64,000 nt of DNA from Candidatus Spongiisociaceae bacterium (GCA_965219685.1 CBDCOH010000002.1:3008001-3072000); one strand, 5' to 3'; shown: positions 44,584-55,600, counted from the stretch's first letter. Translations and numbers: made by a program. Notes: generated from the sequence alone by a model not told the origin.

Positions 44584-45520
44584 TCAAATCGGCGAAGGGG
44601 CCGCCTCGTGAGTTCGGAGCCACCTCTGGTATCGGGTAGCGAGTTGGTGGTTGTGGTCTCGGCCTAGCTCAAGTGCTGAGATGCAGCTGGGGTGGGTGCT
44701 GAGAGCTCGGGCGGCCTGGGTGACGGTGATGCCGCCTTGTTGGCGTCGGGTGCGTAGCCCGGCGCAGTTCGGGGTTGGGGGCGGGTTGGTCAGGAGCCGG
44801 TAGATCTCTCGGGCGATGTGCCGCTTGAGGCAGCGGATGATCTCCCGCTTCTTCTTGCCCTCGGCCTTGCGTCGTGCCACGTAGGCTTTGGTGGCGGCGT
44901 CGTGGCGCATCCGGGTGGTAGCGATTCGCCAGAGGGCGCTGTTGGCTTGGCGGTTGCCTCCGCGGTTGAGACGATGCCGGATGGTCTGGCCTGATGACGC
45001 CTGGACGGGGCTGGTGCCGCACAGCGCAGCGAAGGACTTCTCCGATTTCATACGTCCGGGGTTGTCGCCGGCGGCGACCAGCAGAGCGGCGGCTGTGTCA
45101 GGGCCGATACCTTTGGCGGCTAGGAGAGCAGGGTTGGCCTTCGCGCAGAGGCGACGGATTTGGGCTTCGAGTTGGGTGATTTCTGTGTCGAGGGCCCGGT
45201 ATCGGCGGGCCAGGCGCCGCAGGGCACGCTTCGCATAGGCGGTGGTGGTGTGGTCTGTGCCGGGTCGGAAAGAGGCGCAGACCCGGACCCGGGCTCCGAT
45301 ATCGAGGTCCTTTAGCCGGCGTTTCACACCCTCAGGAGCGGTAACAGCCAGAGAATGGAGCTGGTTGGCAGCCTGGGTGCGGGCCTTGGTAGCGGACCGG
45401 CGGACCACCATCAGCATCCGTATGCACTCGACCGGACCATCACCAGATTTGGGAACGGCGGTAACTTGGCGGCTGGCAGCCGCCCGGGCTGCCGCCTCGG
45501 CGTCTACGCTGTCCGATCTG
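44584..45520 (-). pseudogene. IS110-E recombinase, N-terminally truncated, with HTH tail
   Basis: Begins near SDSVDAEAAARA; highly similar to the 49447-50682 protein. Confidence 0.85.
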
Positions 45521-45530
45521 ATACCTGTAA

Positions 45531-46265
45531 CTATGGCCCGGGTACGCCCGGTCCATAGTGAGCGTCATGGGCCTCGACCGCCGCGGCCTCCGCTGAGAGC
45601 AGCTGCCAGACCCTCCTGAGGACAACGCCGACTAACAGCGGTACGGCCAGGGCGACAAGGGATAACGGCACCAAGCCGCCGGCAATGGCCACGTCGACGC
45701 CCGGAGGCGGGTCCGCCCTGGCTACGACACCGAGCAGGGCGCAGGCCGACATCGCTGCGACCAGCAAAAGCAGGAGGGCGACCGCTTCGTCGATCATCTC
45801 CCGGATGTGGTCGGGGAGGGGTGAGCGGCCTAGAGGCACAAGCACGCCGATTCCTCCGAGGGCGGCCACCGCCCCGGCCACACCGACGGGTACGGCCACG
45901 TTGAGGCGGTCCAAGACCCCGGGGAGGCGCCCTATCTGGACGCTCGCCGAGTTGAGCGCTGCGATGAACCCCTCGTGGACGCCAGCGAGGCCGGACACGG
46001 CGGCGGCGCCCACCATCAGTAGGAGGCCACATGCCCACAAGAGCCCCAGCCACGACCACCAGCCGCCGGGTTGCTCCTGGCGGTACCGCCAGCCGAGTGT
46101 CAGAGCGGTACTCGTTGCGGCCCCGCTCAGCACGAGCCACACCGCCCACCACACTCCTGACGTCTCGGTACCCGCGTACACGAGCACCGCAGCGATCACC
46201 GCAAGCACAGGCGCAAGGTACGGGCGGAACCTCCGGTAGATGCCCCTGACGCGGTCGTAGTCCAT
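45531..46265 (-). CDS. Multi-pass membrane protein of unknown function
   Basis: Several hydrophobic helices. Confidence 0.65.
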   Translation of the reverse strand: MDYDRVRGIYRRFRPYLAPVLAVIAAVLVYAGTETSGVWWAVWLVLSGAATSTALTLGWRYRQEQPGGWWSWLGLLWACGLLLMVGAAAVSGLAGVHEGFIAALNSASVQIGRLPGVLDRLNVAVPVGVAGAVAALGGIGVLVPLGRSPLPDHIREMIDEAVALLLLLVAAMSACALLGVVARADPPPGVDVAIAGGLVPLSLVALAVPLLVGVVLRRVWQLLSAEAAAVEAHDAHYGPGVPGP

Positions 46266-46797
46266 GCGGGGTTTCAAAGGCTTTGACCCGCGGTCAACGT
46301 CGAGGGGGCCTGCTTCGAGCTGCTGACCCTCGATGTGGCCACACCGCCACCCGGTCTGGGAGCACGGAGCGGCTGTGGAGGTGGGTTCGGCGTTGGCGCG
46401 GTGCCCGAGGTCGCGGTTGGCGGTGGCCACGCTGAGCAGCCCGAACTGGTCCAAGACTGGGTGTAACCAGTCGGTCCAGCCAACGCCGCAGTACCCCCTT
46501 GGGTAAGCCCCCATGCTCCCGCATCCCCGGTTAATAGTCCAACACCCGAGACTACGCCCCGGAGGCTCACACACACAGCCCGCGGGCGAGCAGCAGCGGG
46601 CGGCGCCGCTCCCGTCAATCCCCTGGGCATGCCCATTCCGCCGCTATCAGGGCCAGAGAGGCCTCCTCGTCCGAAAGCGTCCCGGTCTAACCGCCTAGCG
46701 CGACCCGAGCGGCGCCTTCCCTGGTCGTTGCCGCCTGAAGGCTCGCTGATCAGTTCGGTCTCGTCGGACCGTAAACGGGTGCCTAAGCATCCCACTG

Positions 46798-47055
46798 TCA
46801 CGTCTCGGTCTCTGGGAAGGCCCGGAGGTCTGCCAGTGTGCGGCCGTCCGGTACCCGCCACGCCATCCACCCGTTCGTCGCTTGTCCGCTGGCCGCGTGG
46901 GCGGCAGCCGATGGAGCGCCGTAAGTCCGGTCTCCGTGGCGGATAAGCGCTGACGGCAATAGCTCGGCGTGGTGAGTTACTCCGTGGTCGGGCCGACACC
47001 AGGTCAGAGGGACAGTGAACTCGATGTCCGGCCTCGATAGGGTGTCCGAAGACAT
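46798..47055 (-). CDS. RAMA-domain-like small protein or fragment
   Basis: YGAPSAAAHAASGQATNGWMAWRVPDGRTLADLR. Confidence 0.6.
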   Translation of the reverse strand: MSSDTLSRPDIEFTVPLTWCRPDHGVTHHAELLPSALIRHGDRTYGAPSAAAHAASGQATNGWMAWRVPDGRTLADLRAFPETET

Positions 47056-47939
47056 GTTGCCATTCCGCCGGATGCTAGTAAACCGTCCCGAAGCGAGGGT
47101 TGGTGGCTCATCGGATTTCCGAAGTGCTGGGTTGGTGCGGTGCCTCGACATCAACATGGTTCTCCGCCGCCACCCCCCACAGGTCACCAACCCGAGGCTC
47201 CATTGAACCGCCGACTTGTATGTCGCTGAAGGTCCCCGTGTCTAGCGGAGAGCGTGCCCACCTAATCGGGTCAACCTCATATAGCATCCGTAACTACAGC
47301 ACAAGACGGTGCCACGCGCATGATCAGAACGCCCCACCGCCGCTGACCGCCTGCCGCGCGATGTTCCATCCCGCGGCCACCAGGACCGGAACTCAAAGGC
47401 CACCATCGGGGAACCGCACACCCGTAGCGTGGTACTAGAAGTGGGACTTCAATCGCCCGGTCGTCAACCAGCACACGGTCTAGCTGGCTGTTCGCCGTTT
47501 ACAGCAGCGGACAGCTCTTCCGATGACGGTCAACACGGTTACTCAGAAAGTGCCGAGTCACGCTCATGCGTTTGGGCCTCGGCTAGATGGCCAAGCGACA
47601 CCAAACGTCTTGGGGTGCAGCGGGGGAAGTCCAATGGGTACGGTCCGGCCGCATTCCTACAGTGAGTCGTCCTGCTGGCCTGTGTGACTGTCTTCTCTTA
47701 GGTTGCCCTGCCTGCCAGCTGACTTGTACCGCCGCCTCGCGTTATCAGCCTTCGGATCCTACTGCCTCTTGACTCCACTCCGCGCCGGCTTCCGTGTTGG
47801 CTGTGGGTCGGACTCGGAGGGCTGGCGGATCGACTGTTGGCCGCGGGGGAAGAGGGTTGCTGGTGACCGGCCCTACAGAACCACCGCGTAGTTTTCAACC
47901 GGCCAAGTCCGCGCAACTTTCGACCGGCGTTGACACCGA

Positions 47940-48270
47940 TGTTGTCGAGCCTTTCCTGCGTGCCAGCTTCCGTGGTTGGATCTACTGCCGCGACAACCCC
48001 GACAGCTGCGTAGACACAGTCCTAGCCGCCGAACCTACACTTGGCCGCAGCCACCAGACATGGCAGATCAACGGCTCATCTGACCGTCACCGGCAGGTAG
48101 CGGCGTGATGGATGGAGCGCTATGGCAGCCGACCACTGGCGTGGCTACCAGCGCAGGGTGTTATCCAGGGAACTCTGCCGGCCGGCTCGCACCGGGCCGA
48201 CTTCGTCCAGAACGCGGTCGACGCGCTGGGGGACGAGCGACTCGATACTGTCGGAAATAACTGGCAGAGG
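47940..48270 (+). pseudogene. ABC substrate-binding protein (NMT1-like) remnant
   Basis: FLRASFRGWIYCRDNP...HQTWQIN; frames are broken. Confidence 0.45.
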
Positions 48271-48492
48271 TCACAGTGCAGTCGAAACCCGGTGGCGAGT
48301 AGAAGCTCGGAGCGCCGCAGGCTCGTCACCGAGATCGAGTGACTGGAGAGAGAGGTGGCGAACATCCGGGCCGAGGTTTTGCAGCGCGCACGGACCGGTG
48401 ACCGGGAGCCGACGATAAGCGCGCCCACTTCGCGTACGAGGCGGCCGACCGAGCTGCACCGACGGCTTCGGGTCTTGTCGGCCCGGGATCGT

Positions 48493-49182
48493 TTATTGCT
48501 GACCTCGCGAAGGGCACTCAGAAGGTGGTGGATCGAGTTGGGCCTTGAGGAGAGAGGTCGATGGAAGCGTATTCGCGACGGTCTGGGCTAGTGAGCGGTA
48601 GGTACACGGTTGTACGAGGTCTCTTAGCGGGTTGAGGCCGATGGACTGTTGGCCTGGTGGAAGCTCCGCCTCGGGAGTCACGTAGAATTCCCACTGTCCG
48701 GCTTCTCGGTGGTCAGCAACGGCGTGTTCTGTTGTGCCGTGCCAGGCGAACACATAGATGTCGGCATGCCGTTGTCGTTCTGTGCTGATCGTGTGGTAGC
48801 CGCCCTCGGAGCACTTCCACGATTTGTTGCGTCCCTCAGAGCACGTCGTCCAATATGTATCGTGTGTAGCGATATCGAACGATGGGTAGGCCGGTCGATT
48901 CGTGGAGTCCGGGCTGGACCAGCTCTGGAGCCTGCTGGACTGCTTGACTTCGAGACGAGCACCGGTTCTGGCGTGTTCGAGGTCCCATGGCGCCCATGGT
49001 TCGGTAAGGCACCAGCCTTGGTCAACACTCCTTAAGATGAGCTCCACCAAGCACTCTACGTAGTCGGCACGTTTGATGTTGCTGATCAGCGGTCGGTTGT
49101 ACATGTGGTCCGCTAAGCGTTTCAGGACCTGAGTCGAGATCGTGCGTTGCTCGGTCAACTCGTGATGACTAGTCCTCGCCAT
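48493..49182 (-). CDS. PD-(D/E)XK-like hypothetical nuclease
   Basis: E.LV...WDL...RLEVKQS...ADIYVFAWH. Confidence 0.65.
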   Translation of the reverse strand: MARTSHHELTEQRTISTQVLKRLADHMYNRPLISNIKRADYVECLVELILRSVDQGWCLTEPWAPWDLEHARTGARLEVKQSSRLQSWSSPDSTNRPAYPSFDIATHDTYWTTCSEGRNKSWKCSEGGYHTISTERQRHADIYVFAWHGTTEHAVADHREAGQWEFYVTPEAELPPGQQSIGLNPLRDLVQPCTYRSLAQTVANTLPSTSLLKAQLDPPPSECPSRGQQ

Positions 49183-49224
49183 GAGGTGATCTCCTCTCCT
49201 GAGGCTTCGCGAAAACACTCATAC

Positions 49225-49430
49225 TTGTAGGGTCCTCCTCGGCTGGGGGCCGGGTCTGACCCACGCGAAAACTGGCGTTTGGTGCCTTTCCCACGATCTG
49301 TCGACCTGGCCCTAGCCGGGAGCCCTGAACCGGGGAGCGGGGTGACCTTATAGGAGCTTCGACTTCTCCACCTTGAGTGTTCTGTCCGCCGCTCTGTCCG
49401 GCTCAGGGGGACTTGGAATTGTAGGCAGTT
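49225..49430 (+). ncRNA. Putative bridge RNA of IS110-D (boundaries approximate)
   Basis: CGCGAAAAC and TCCCACG match the target flanks; ATAGGAGC and TGAGTG match the element's own ends. Confidence 0.8.
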
Positions 49431-49446
49431 GGCGGAAGGTGGGCAC

Positions 49447-50682
49447 ATGGAAGAGCAAGATCGAGCCGATGGCATGGTTGTGGTCGGTGGGGTGGACACG
49501 CATCGGGATACCCATGTTGGGGCGGTGGTCGATAGCGCGGGTCGGCTGTTGGGATCGGCCCAGTTCCGGGCTGATACGGCCGGCTATGGGCAACTTGTCG
49601 CCTGGATGGAGTCGTGGGGTCGGATCAGCCGGGTCGGGGTGGAAGGGACTGGCAGCTACGGTGCCGGCTTGGCCCGTCACCTCACCGGCGCCGGTATCGA
49701 GGTGGTGGAGGTGAACCGTCCCAACCGCCAGCTACGCCGCCGGCGGGGCAAGGACGACCACACCGACGCCGAGGCAGCAGCTCGGGCAGCTCTGAATGGT
49801 GAAGCAACCGCGGTGCCCAAGTCCGGCGACGGGCCGGTCGAGTGGATACGGATGCTGACAGTGACGCGCCGCTCCGCCGTCAAGGCCCGCACCCAGGCCG
49901 CCAACCAACTCCATGCCTTGGTGGTTGGTGCCCCAGAGCCGATAAAAGACCAGGTAAAGGGCATGAAACTCAAAGGCCTGGTTAAGACTTGTGCCCGGTT
50001 CCGACCCAGCGGAGAGTCCTCCCTCAGCTACGCTAAGCAGGCTCTCCGCCGCCTGGCCCGCCGCTACCAGGTCCTCGACACCGAGATCGCAGAACTCGAT
50101 GTCGAGATCCGCCGCCTCTGCGCCAAGGCCAACCCGGCGCTCCTAGCCGCCGACGGCGTCGGCCCCGACACAGTCGCCAAGCTCCTAGTCGCAGCCGGCG
50201 ACAACCCCCAGCGCATGAAATCGGAACGATCCTTCGCTGCGCTGTGCGGTGTCAGCCCTGTGCAGGCGTCATCTGGGCGAAGGGTTCGGCATCGTCTCAG
50301 CCGAGGCGGCAACCGCCAAGCAAACAGCGCCCTGTGGCGGATCGCTACCAACCGGATGCGGACCGACCCCGCCACCCAAGAATACGTCGCCAGACGAGAG
50401 GCTGAGGGCAAAAAGCGAACCGAGATCATCCGCTGCCTCAAGCGGCACATCGCCCGAGAAACCTACCGGCTCCTCACCAACCCGCCACCAACCCCGAACT
50501 GCGCCCGGCTACGCAGCCGACGCCAACAACGCGGAATCACCGTCACCGAGGCCGCCCGAACTCTCGGAACCTACCCCAGCCGCATCTCAGCACTCGAGCT
50601 AGGCCGAGACCACAACCACCAACTCGCTACCCGATACCAGAGGTGGCTCCGAACCCACGAACCGGCCCCATCGCCGATTTGA
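49447..50682 (+). CDS. IS110 recombinase with C-terminal XRE-like HTH
   Basis: GGVDTH, VEG, KDDHTDA, ASSG; tail LRSRRQQRGITVTEAARTLG...ISALELG. Confidence 0.93.
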   Translation: MEEQDRADGMVVVGGVDTHRDTHVGAVVDSAGRLLGSAQFRADTAGYGQLVAWMESWGRISRVGVEGTGSYGAGLARHLTGAGIEVVEVNRPNRQLRRRRGKDDHTDAEAAARAALNGEATAVPKSGDGPVEWIRMLTVTRRSAVKARTQAANQLHALVVGAPEPIKDQVKGMKLKGLVKTCARFRPSGESSLSYAKQALRRLARRYQVLDTEIAELDVEIRRLCAKANPALLAADGVGPDTVAKLLVAAGDNPQRMKSERSFAALCGVSPVQASSGRRVRHRLSRGGNRQANSALWRIATNRMRTDPATQEYVARREAEGKKRTEIIRCLKRHIARETYRLLTNPPPTPNCARLRSRRQQRGITVTEAARTLGTYPSRISALELGRDHNHQLATRYQRWLRTHEPAPSPI

Positions 50683-50889
50683 CAAACATAGGAGCATCGT
50701 GGGGTAGGGCTGCTGTTGTCGGTGCGGGGGCTCATGTTACGAGAACTCCTCGGGCTGCGAAGTTGTTGGTGTTGGTGAAGCCGTGAGCGACTCGGCGTAG
50801 GACCTGGAGCAAGTTGTTGATCCCTTCGATGGGTCCGTTGGTTGCTGGTCTGCTGCGGTGGTAGGCGAGGATTCCTTCTCCCCATGCAC

Positions 50890-51132
50890 CCATGTCCGCA
50901 TGGACAACAGCGCCGGTCGTCGTTACGACGACCGCAAGATCAACGAGGGCAAAACCCACAAAGCAGCAATTAACGATGCCTCAAACGCAAGATCGCATCA
51001 CGCGTCTGGCGCCTCATGCCCGCCGACGAACACCACCGATCCAGTGTCGCCAGAGCGCAACCAAAGGCCGCTTGACAAACACAGAGGCACCCCGGGTATC
51101 ACCCGAGTTTCCGGCAAACCCGGGGCAGTGCA
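50890..51132 (+). pseudogene. IS110 3' remnant followed by an IS3-like IR
   Basis: YDDRKINEGKTHKAA; TTGACAAACACAGAGGCAC end; CCGGCAAACCCGGGGCAGTGCA. Confidence 0.6.
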
Positions 51133-51754
51133 TCGGTCATCGTTGAAATGCTGACCACCTGAGGGGGGAGTTGGCCCGGGAGGGGTCGCGGTGCCCCGAC
51201 GGTTGGTCAAGTGTCTCAAGGTGTTGGACAGGCGGCGCAAACGGGTCACAGACCTGTAGGTGAGCGGCCAGCGCACCAACTCTGGTATGGCGCCGCCGGT
51301 TCGGCTGAGAAGCTGTCGCGACCGGCACTAACGCGGCCAGGCTGTGAGTGGGGGAAGCTTGGGGCCTTGGCGGCTGTTTACTCCGTCGGGGACAGCGTGT
51401 ACGGGGTGGTCGAGTGGGAAACCGAAGGCGTTCGGCTAGTGGTCACCGCCGACTTTGTCGGCCTATGCGGCCCGCTCCGCCCCCGTACCCCGTTCCCGGC
51501 TGGCGGAGTGGGTAGCCTCAGGGGGATGTCACGAGCCGAGGGGGTGCCCTGTCGTCCCCTCTCGATCGGACTTCAGCGAATGCACCCACCCGAAACCATT
51601 CGGTGGTCTCCCAGCGGTGCTCCGATCGCTCCGGCGGCGGGGAACTATCCGCCGGGGTGTGTAGAGCCCGCGTGGGCGAGGGTGCTTGGCGTGGGCCGGA
51701 TACCGGCTCGGTGGGTACTTATGTGGCCTTACGTGCTTGGGCCTCACAGCACAA

Positions 51755-54700
51755 TCACGACCGGGTTCCCGGCCCGATTGATGCATTTTGCGTGGCCCAG
51801 TCGACTCCGTCGGGTGCTGGGGTTGGTGTGTGGCCCCAGCAGGTGATGGTTCCGTCGCTGCCTAGCCCGCAGAAGTGGGAGTCACCCGCGGAGATGGCTG
51901 TGTAGGTCCCGCCGGGTACGTTGACCGCACGGTTGCCGCAGGTGATGGTTCCGTCGGTGCGTAACCCGCACGGATAACTGTCCCCGCTGGCCAATGCAGC
52001 GAACCTACCGTCGAGTGGCATAGTGGTTCCCCGGTTTGTCGTGCAGCTGATGGTCTGGTCGGTGCGTAGCCCACACGTATACCTAGGCCCGGTCGATACC
52101 GCCGTGAATGTCCCTTCTGGTGGTTCGGGTACCTCCGAGTCCTCAGCGCCCCAGCATGCAATGGTCTGGTCGGTGCGTAGCCCGCACGCATACGCTCCGA
52201 TGGAAACGGCGACAAACGTCCCTTCTGGTGGTTCCGACAAGCCGCCCCCCGCCGGGGTTCCCCAGCATGCAATGGTCTGATCGGTGCCTATCCCGCAGGA
52301 AGACTCATAGCCACTGCTGACAGCGGTGTAGGAGCCTTCGGGACGGTACTCCGAGAAGACCATGCAAGACCATCTGCCGTAGCTCGGAACACACTTCGGG
52401 ATCGCTCCCCAGCAGATTACGGTTCCGTCCGTGCGTATCCCGCACGAATGGGTCCTGCCGCTGCTCACCGAAGTGAACGTCCCGGGCGGCGGTTCGGCTT
52501 GGCCCGAGTTGTTGGCTCCCCAGCAGGTAATCGCCTGGTCGGCTCCTATTGCACAAGAATGGGTCCTGCCGCTGCTCACCGCGGTGAACTGTTCGTTAGC
52601 TTTTGGGGGGGAGACCACCCACAAGCTCCTGTCGCCCCAGCAGGTGATGTTGCCTCCCGCGCGTACCCCGCAGGTGTACCGCTGGCTAGCAGCGACCGAG
52701 GTGAACTTCCCAGGTGGCGGCTCCGCCTCGCCTCTGTTGTTGGCGCCCCAGCAAGTGACGGTTCCGTCGGCGCGTAGTCCGCACGAGTGGGTGTAACCGG
52801 CGGTGACGCTGACGAACCTGCCCCCGGGCGCGTCGGTTTGCCCACCGACGAAACCGTGTCCACGTGAGTTGTTACCCCAGCACTTGACCGTCTGGTCGGT
52901 TCGCAGCCCGCAGGTGTGACCACCGTCGATACTGCCACCCGCCGAGATAGCTGTGAACAGCCCTTGGGGCGGGTCGGTAGCGCCGGCGTGGTTCCAGCCC
53001 CAGCAGACCACGGTCCCGTCGGTTCGCAGCCCGCACGAGTGCCTGAAACCGGCTGTTACTGCGGTGAACCGCCCATCAGGAGCGTCCGCCTGTCCGTCTG
53101 TGTTGGTGCCCCAACAGGCAATCGTCTGGTCGGTTCGTAACCCACAGGAGTGGTCTCCGCCTCCGTAGGTAGAGATCGAGGTGAACTTTCCTTCCGGAAC
53201 ATGGACCCGGGTGGTGCCGTCCCAGTTACCCGACCAGCAGACGACTATCTGGTCGGGGCGTAGCCCACACGAGTTGCTAGCACCGGCTGTGACCGCGGTG
53301 AAGGGTCCGGGAGGTGGGTCCACCCCGCCGTCCCTGTTCGGGCCCCAACAAGCGACGGTTCCCTCGGTTCGGAGCCCACAGGTGTGGGAGTCTCCGGTGG
53401 CTACCGCGGTGAAGGTCCCAGATGGTATCCCCGCCTTACCGCCGTGATCGTATGCCAAGCAGGCAATGGCCCCATCCGACAACACCTCACACGAATGCGA
53501 CCAGCCCATCCCGGAGAAAGACCCAAACGGCGGCGACACCTGCCCAGACTTGTTGCTACCCCAGCAGATGATCGTATGGTCGGTTCGGAGCCCACACGAA
53601 TGCGACCCACCCGCTGATACCGCCGTGAAAGTCCCCGCCGGTGCCTCTGTCCGCTCCTGCCAGTTGCTACCCCAGCAGATGATGGTGTGGTCGGTTCGGA
53701 GCCCACACGAATGCCTTTCACCGGCTGATACCGCGGTGAAAGAACCCGCTGGTGCGTCCGCCCGTCCCCACGCGTTGCTGCCCCAGCAGATGATTGACAG
53801 GTCCGACAGCAGCCCGCACGAATGCGACTCACCAGCGGCTACTGCCGCGTAAGATCCGGTGGGTGCCTCTGTTTGTCCTGATGTATTGGCGCCCCAGCAG
53901 ATGATCGTGTGGTCGGTTCGGAGCCCACAGGTGTGGGAGTCTCCGGCGGATACCGCGCTGAAAGATCCAGGCGGTGCCTCTGTCTGTCCCCATGAGTTGG
54001 CACCCCAGCAGATGACGGTGTGGTCGGTTCGGAGCCCACAGGAGTGCGACCTACCGGCGGCTACTGCCGTATAAGACCCGGCCGGTGCCTCTGTCTTCCT
54101 CTCCCAGTTGCTGCCCCAGCAGGTGACCGATCCGTCCAGCAGTAGGCCACACAAGTGCGAGTAACCGGCGGACACCGCGGTGTAGGACCCAGACGGGGGT
54201 GACAGCTGTTGGTCGTCGGGCCAGCAGGTGACTGATCCGTCGGACAGTAGCCCACACGAGAAGTCCCCGTGACCGGCGGACACCGCGGTGAAATCCGAGC
54301 CGGAGGTACCTGCCTCTGGGGTTTCGCGACCGACCGTAGAAGCCCGCCGCAGGAACGTGGCCATCTGAGCGCGGGTAACCGGCTCGTCAGGGCAGAACCG
54401 CGGTGGCTCGGTCGCGCATCCCGCTGTAACCCCAGCAGCCCATAACGCCTCGATGTTCGCCTCGTGCCTGTTGCCGCCAGTATCTACAAAGCCCGCGCCA
54501 GACGCCACTGCGTCAGCCAGCCCGTACGCCCGCTGCAGGAACGTGGCCATCTGAGCGCGGGTAACCGGGTCGTCAGGGCAATAGCGGAGCGGCCCGGTCG
54601 CGCATCCCGCTGTGATCCCGGTCTCCGCTAGACGCTCAACATGATCCTGCCACCAAACCCCCGCCTCAACATCGGCAAACCCCGAGCCGGCCGCCGGGAC

Positions 54701-55075
54701 CGGATCCCCACCATCGAGAATCCGTACCAGCCACACAGCCATGACCCACCGCAGCAGAGGCGCCCCCGGACAGAACTCACCATCCCCACACTCAGTACTC
54801 TCGAACACTCCCTCAGACGCCAAGCGGCGAATGGCCTCAGCATGCACCGACCCATCGTCCACATCCTCGAACCCCCCAACAGCACCAACAGCACCACCCG
54901 ACCACCCGAACTCCCGTGCTCCTGCCGCGGATGGAACAGCTACAGACACCACCAGCATCGACACAACCGAAAGTACCAGACCAACACGACCCGCCCCACC
55001 CAAATCAAACCTCCCTGCGGCCGCCACCGGATGTTCGACCATCCTAAGAGCCGGACTCACGCCAACCGCCTCCAA
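51755..55075 (-). CDS. SLH + RCC1-repeat surface protein (start uncertain)
   Basis: SLH motifs and many CWG repeats; shares idiosyncratic inserts with 10087-12390. Confidence 0.9.
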   Translation of the reverse strand: MEAVGVSPALRMVEHPVAAAGRFDLGGAGRVGLVLSVVSMLVVSVAVPSAAGAREFGWSGGAVGAVGGFEDVDDGSVHAEAIRRLASEGVFESTECGDGEFCPGAPLLRWVMAVWLVRILDGGDPVPAAGSGFADVEAGVWWQDHVERLAETGITAGCATGPLRYCPDDPVTRAQMATFLQRAYGLADAVASGAGFVDTGGNRHEANIEALWAAGVTAGCATEPPRFCPDEPVTRAQMATFLRRASTVGRETPEAGTSGSDFTAVSAGHGDFSCGLLSDGSVTCWPDDQQLSPPSGSYTAVSAGYSHLCGLLLDGSVTCWGSNWERKTEAPAGSYTAVAAGRSHSCGLRTDHTVICWGANSWGQTEAPPGSFSAVSAGDSHTCGLRTDHTIICWGANTSGQTEAPTGSYAAVAAGESHSCGLLSDLSIICWGSNAWGRADAPAGSFTAVSAGERHSCGLRTDHTIICWGSNWQERTEAPAGTFTAVSAGGSHSCGLRTDHTIICWGSNKSGQVSPPFGSFSGMGWSHSCEVLSDGAIACLAYDHGGKAGIPSGTFTAVATGDSHTCGLRTEGTVACWGPNRDGGVDPPPGPFTAVTAGASNSCGLRPDQIVVCWSGNWDGTTRVHVPEGKFTSISTYGGGDHSCGLRTDQTIACWGTNTDGQADAPDGRFTAVTAGFRHSCGLRTDGTVVCWGWNHAGATDPPQGLFTAISAGGSIDGGHTCGLRTDQTVKCWGNNSRGHGFVGGQTDAPGGRFVSVTAGYTHSCGLRADGTVTCWGANNRGEAEPPPGKFTSVAASQRYTCGVRAGGNITCWGDRSLWVVSPPKANEQFTAVSSGRTHSCAIGADQAITCWGANNSGQAEPPPGTFTSVSSGRTHSCGIRTDGTVICWGAIPKCVPSYGRWSCMVFSEYRPEGSYTAVSSGYESSCGIGTDQTIACWGTPAGGGLSEPPEGTFVAVSIGAYACGLRTDQTIACWGAEDSEVPEPPEGTFTAVSTGPRYTCGLRTDQTISCTTNRGTTMPLDGRFAALASGDSYPCGLRTDGTITCGNRAVNVPGGTYTAISAGDSHFCGLGSDGTITCWGHTPTPAPDGVDWATQNASIGPGTRS

Positions 55076-55531
55076 GCGACCCCATACTTGTGTCAGCGGA
55101 TCCTGGGGACTCTGCAGTGCTCTAGCCTCTTAGGCCACTGTTCATGAGTGTTTCCATTCGAAGCCGACAGCGACGCTAGAACCAGCGACGACCAGATCGT
55201 CCCGTCGGCCGACGGCTAAGCGGGGAACTCCACCGAGTGGTGTTAGACCTATGGAAGAGTGAAACCGAAGAGTCCGGACACTGCCAAGGCGGAAACCGAC
55301 GAGTACCAATGAGTCGATCTGGGAAGCGTGTGAGGCGGGCCGAGTTGGAGGGAGAGGGCTTCAGCAGAGGGAGTCAGGGCCTGGCGGTGAGACGAGTCGC
55401 AAGGGCCAGATCGCAGTTGGCGGCTAAGACCTCCACCGCCTCGGCCAGGGACAGCACAGCGTGGAGTGGATTAACGGGCTCGAGAGCTGCTGAAGGGAAA
55501 CGGACGAATAACCTATGGCTTCGAGTATTCA

Positions 55532-55600
55532 GAGGCTTCGCGAAAGACGTATGGTTGGGGTGTTCTGGTGGTCGGTGTGGAAGTCATGATTCCGCGGGCT
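55532..55600 (-). mobile_element. ISL3 right-end remnant
   Basis: GAGGCTTCGCGAAA end; ARGIMTS resembles the ISL3 C-terminus. Confidence 0.55.

Larger units (their letters stand above)
39761..45520 (-). mobile_element. IS110 element E, 5'-truncated, outermost element of the nest
   Basis: Right end split by IS110-B: ATGCTCCTATG at 39761-39771 resumes as GTTGTCAAATC at 44580. Confidence 0.85.
49217..50697 (+). mobile_element. IS110 element D (apparently intact)
   Basis: Left end ACTCATAC; right end TTGACAAACATAGGAGCAT. Confidence 0.92.
49201..50885 (-). mobile_element. ISL3 3'-end remnant with its IR split by IS110-D
   Basis: GAGGCTTCGCGAAAAC | GTGGGG...; C-terminus TNGPIEGINN...ARGVLVT from 50732. 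Confidence 0.85.
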
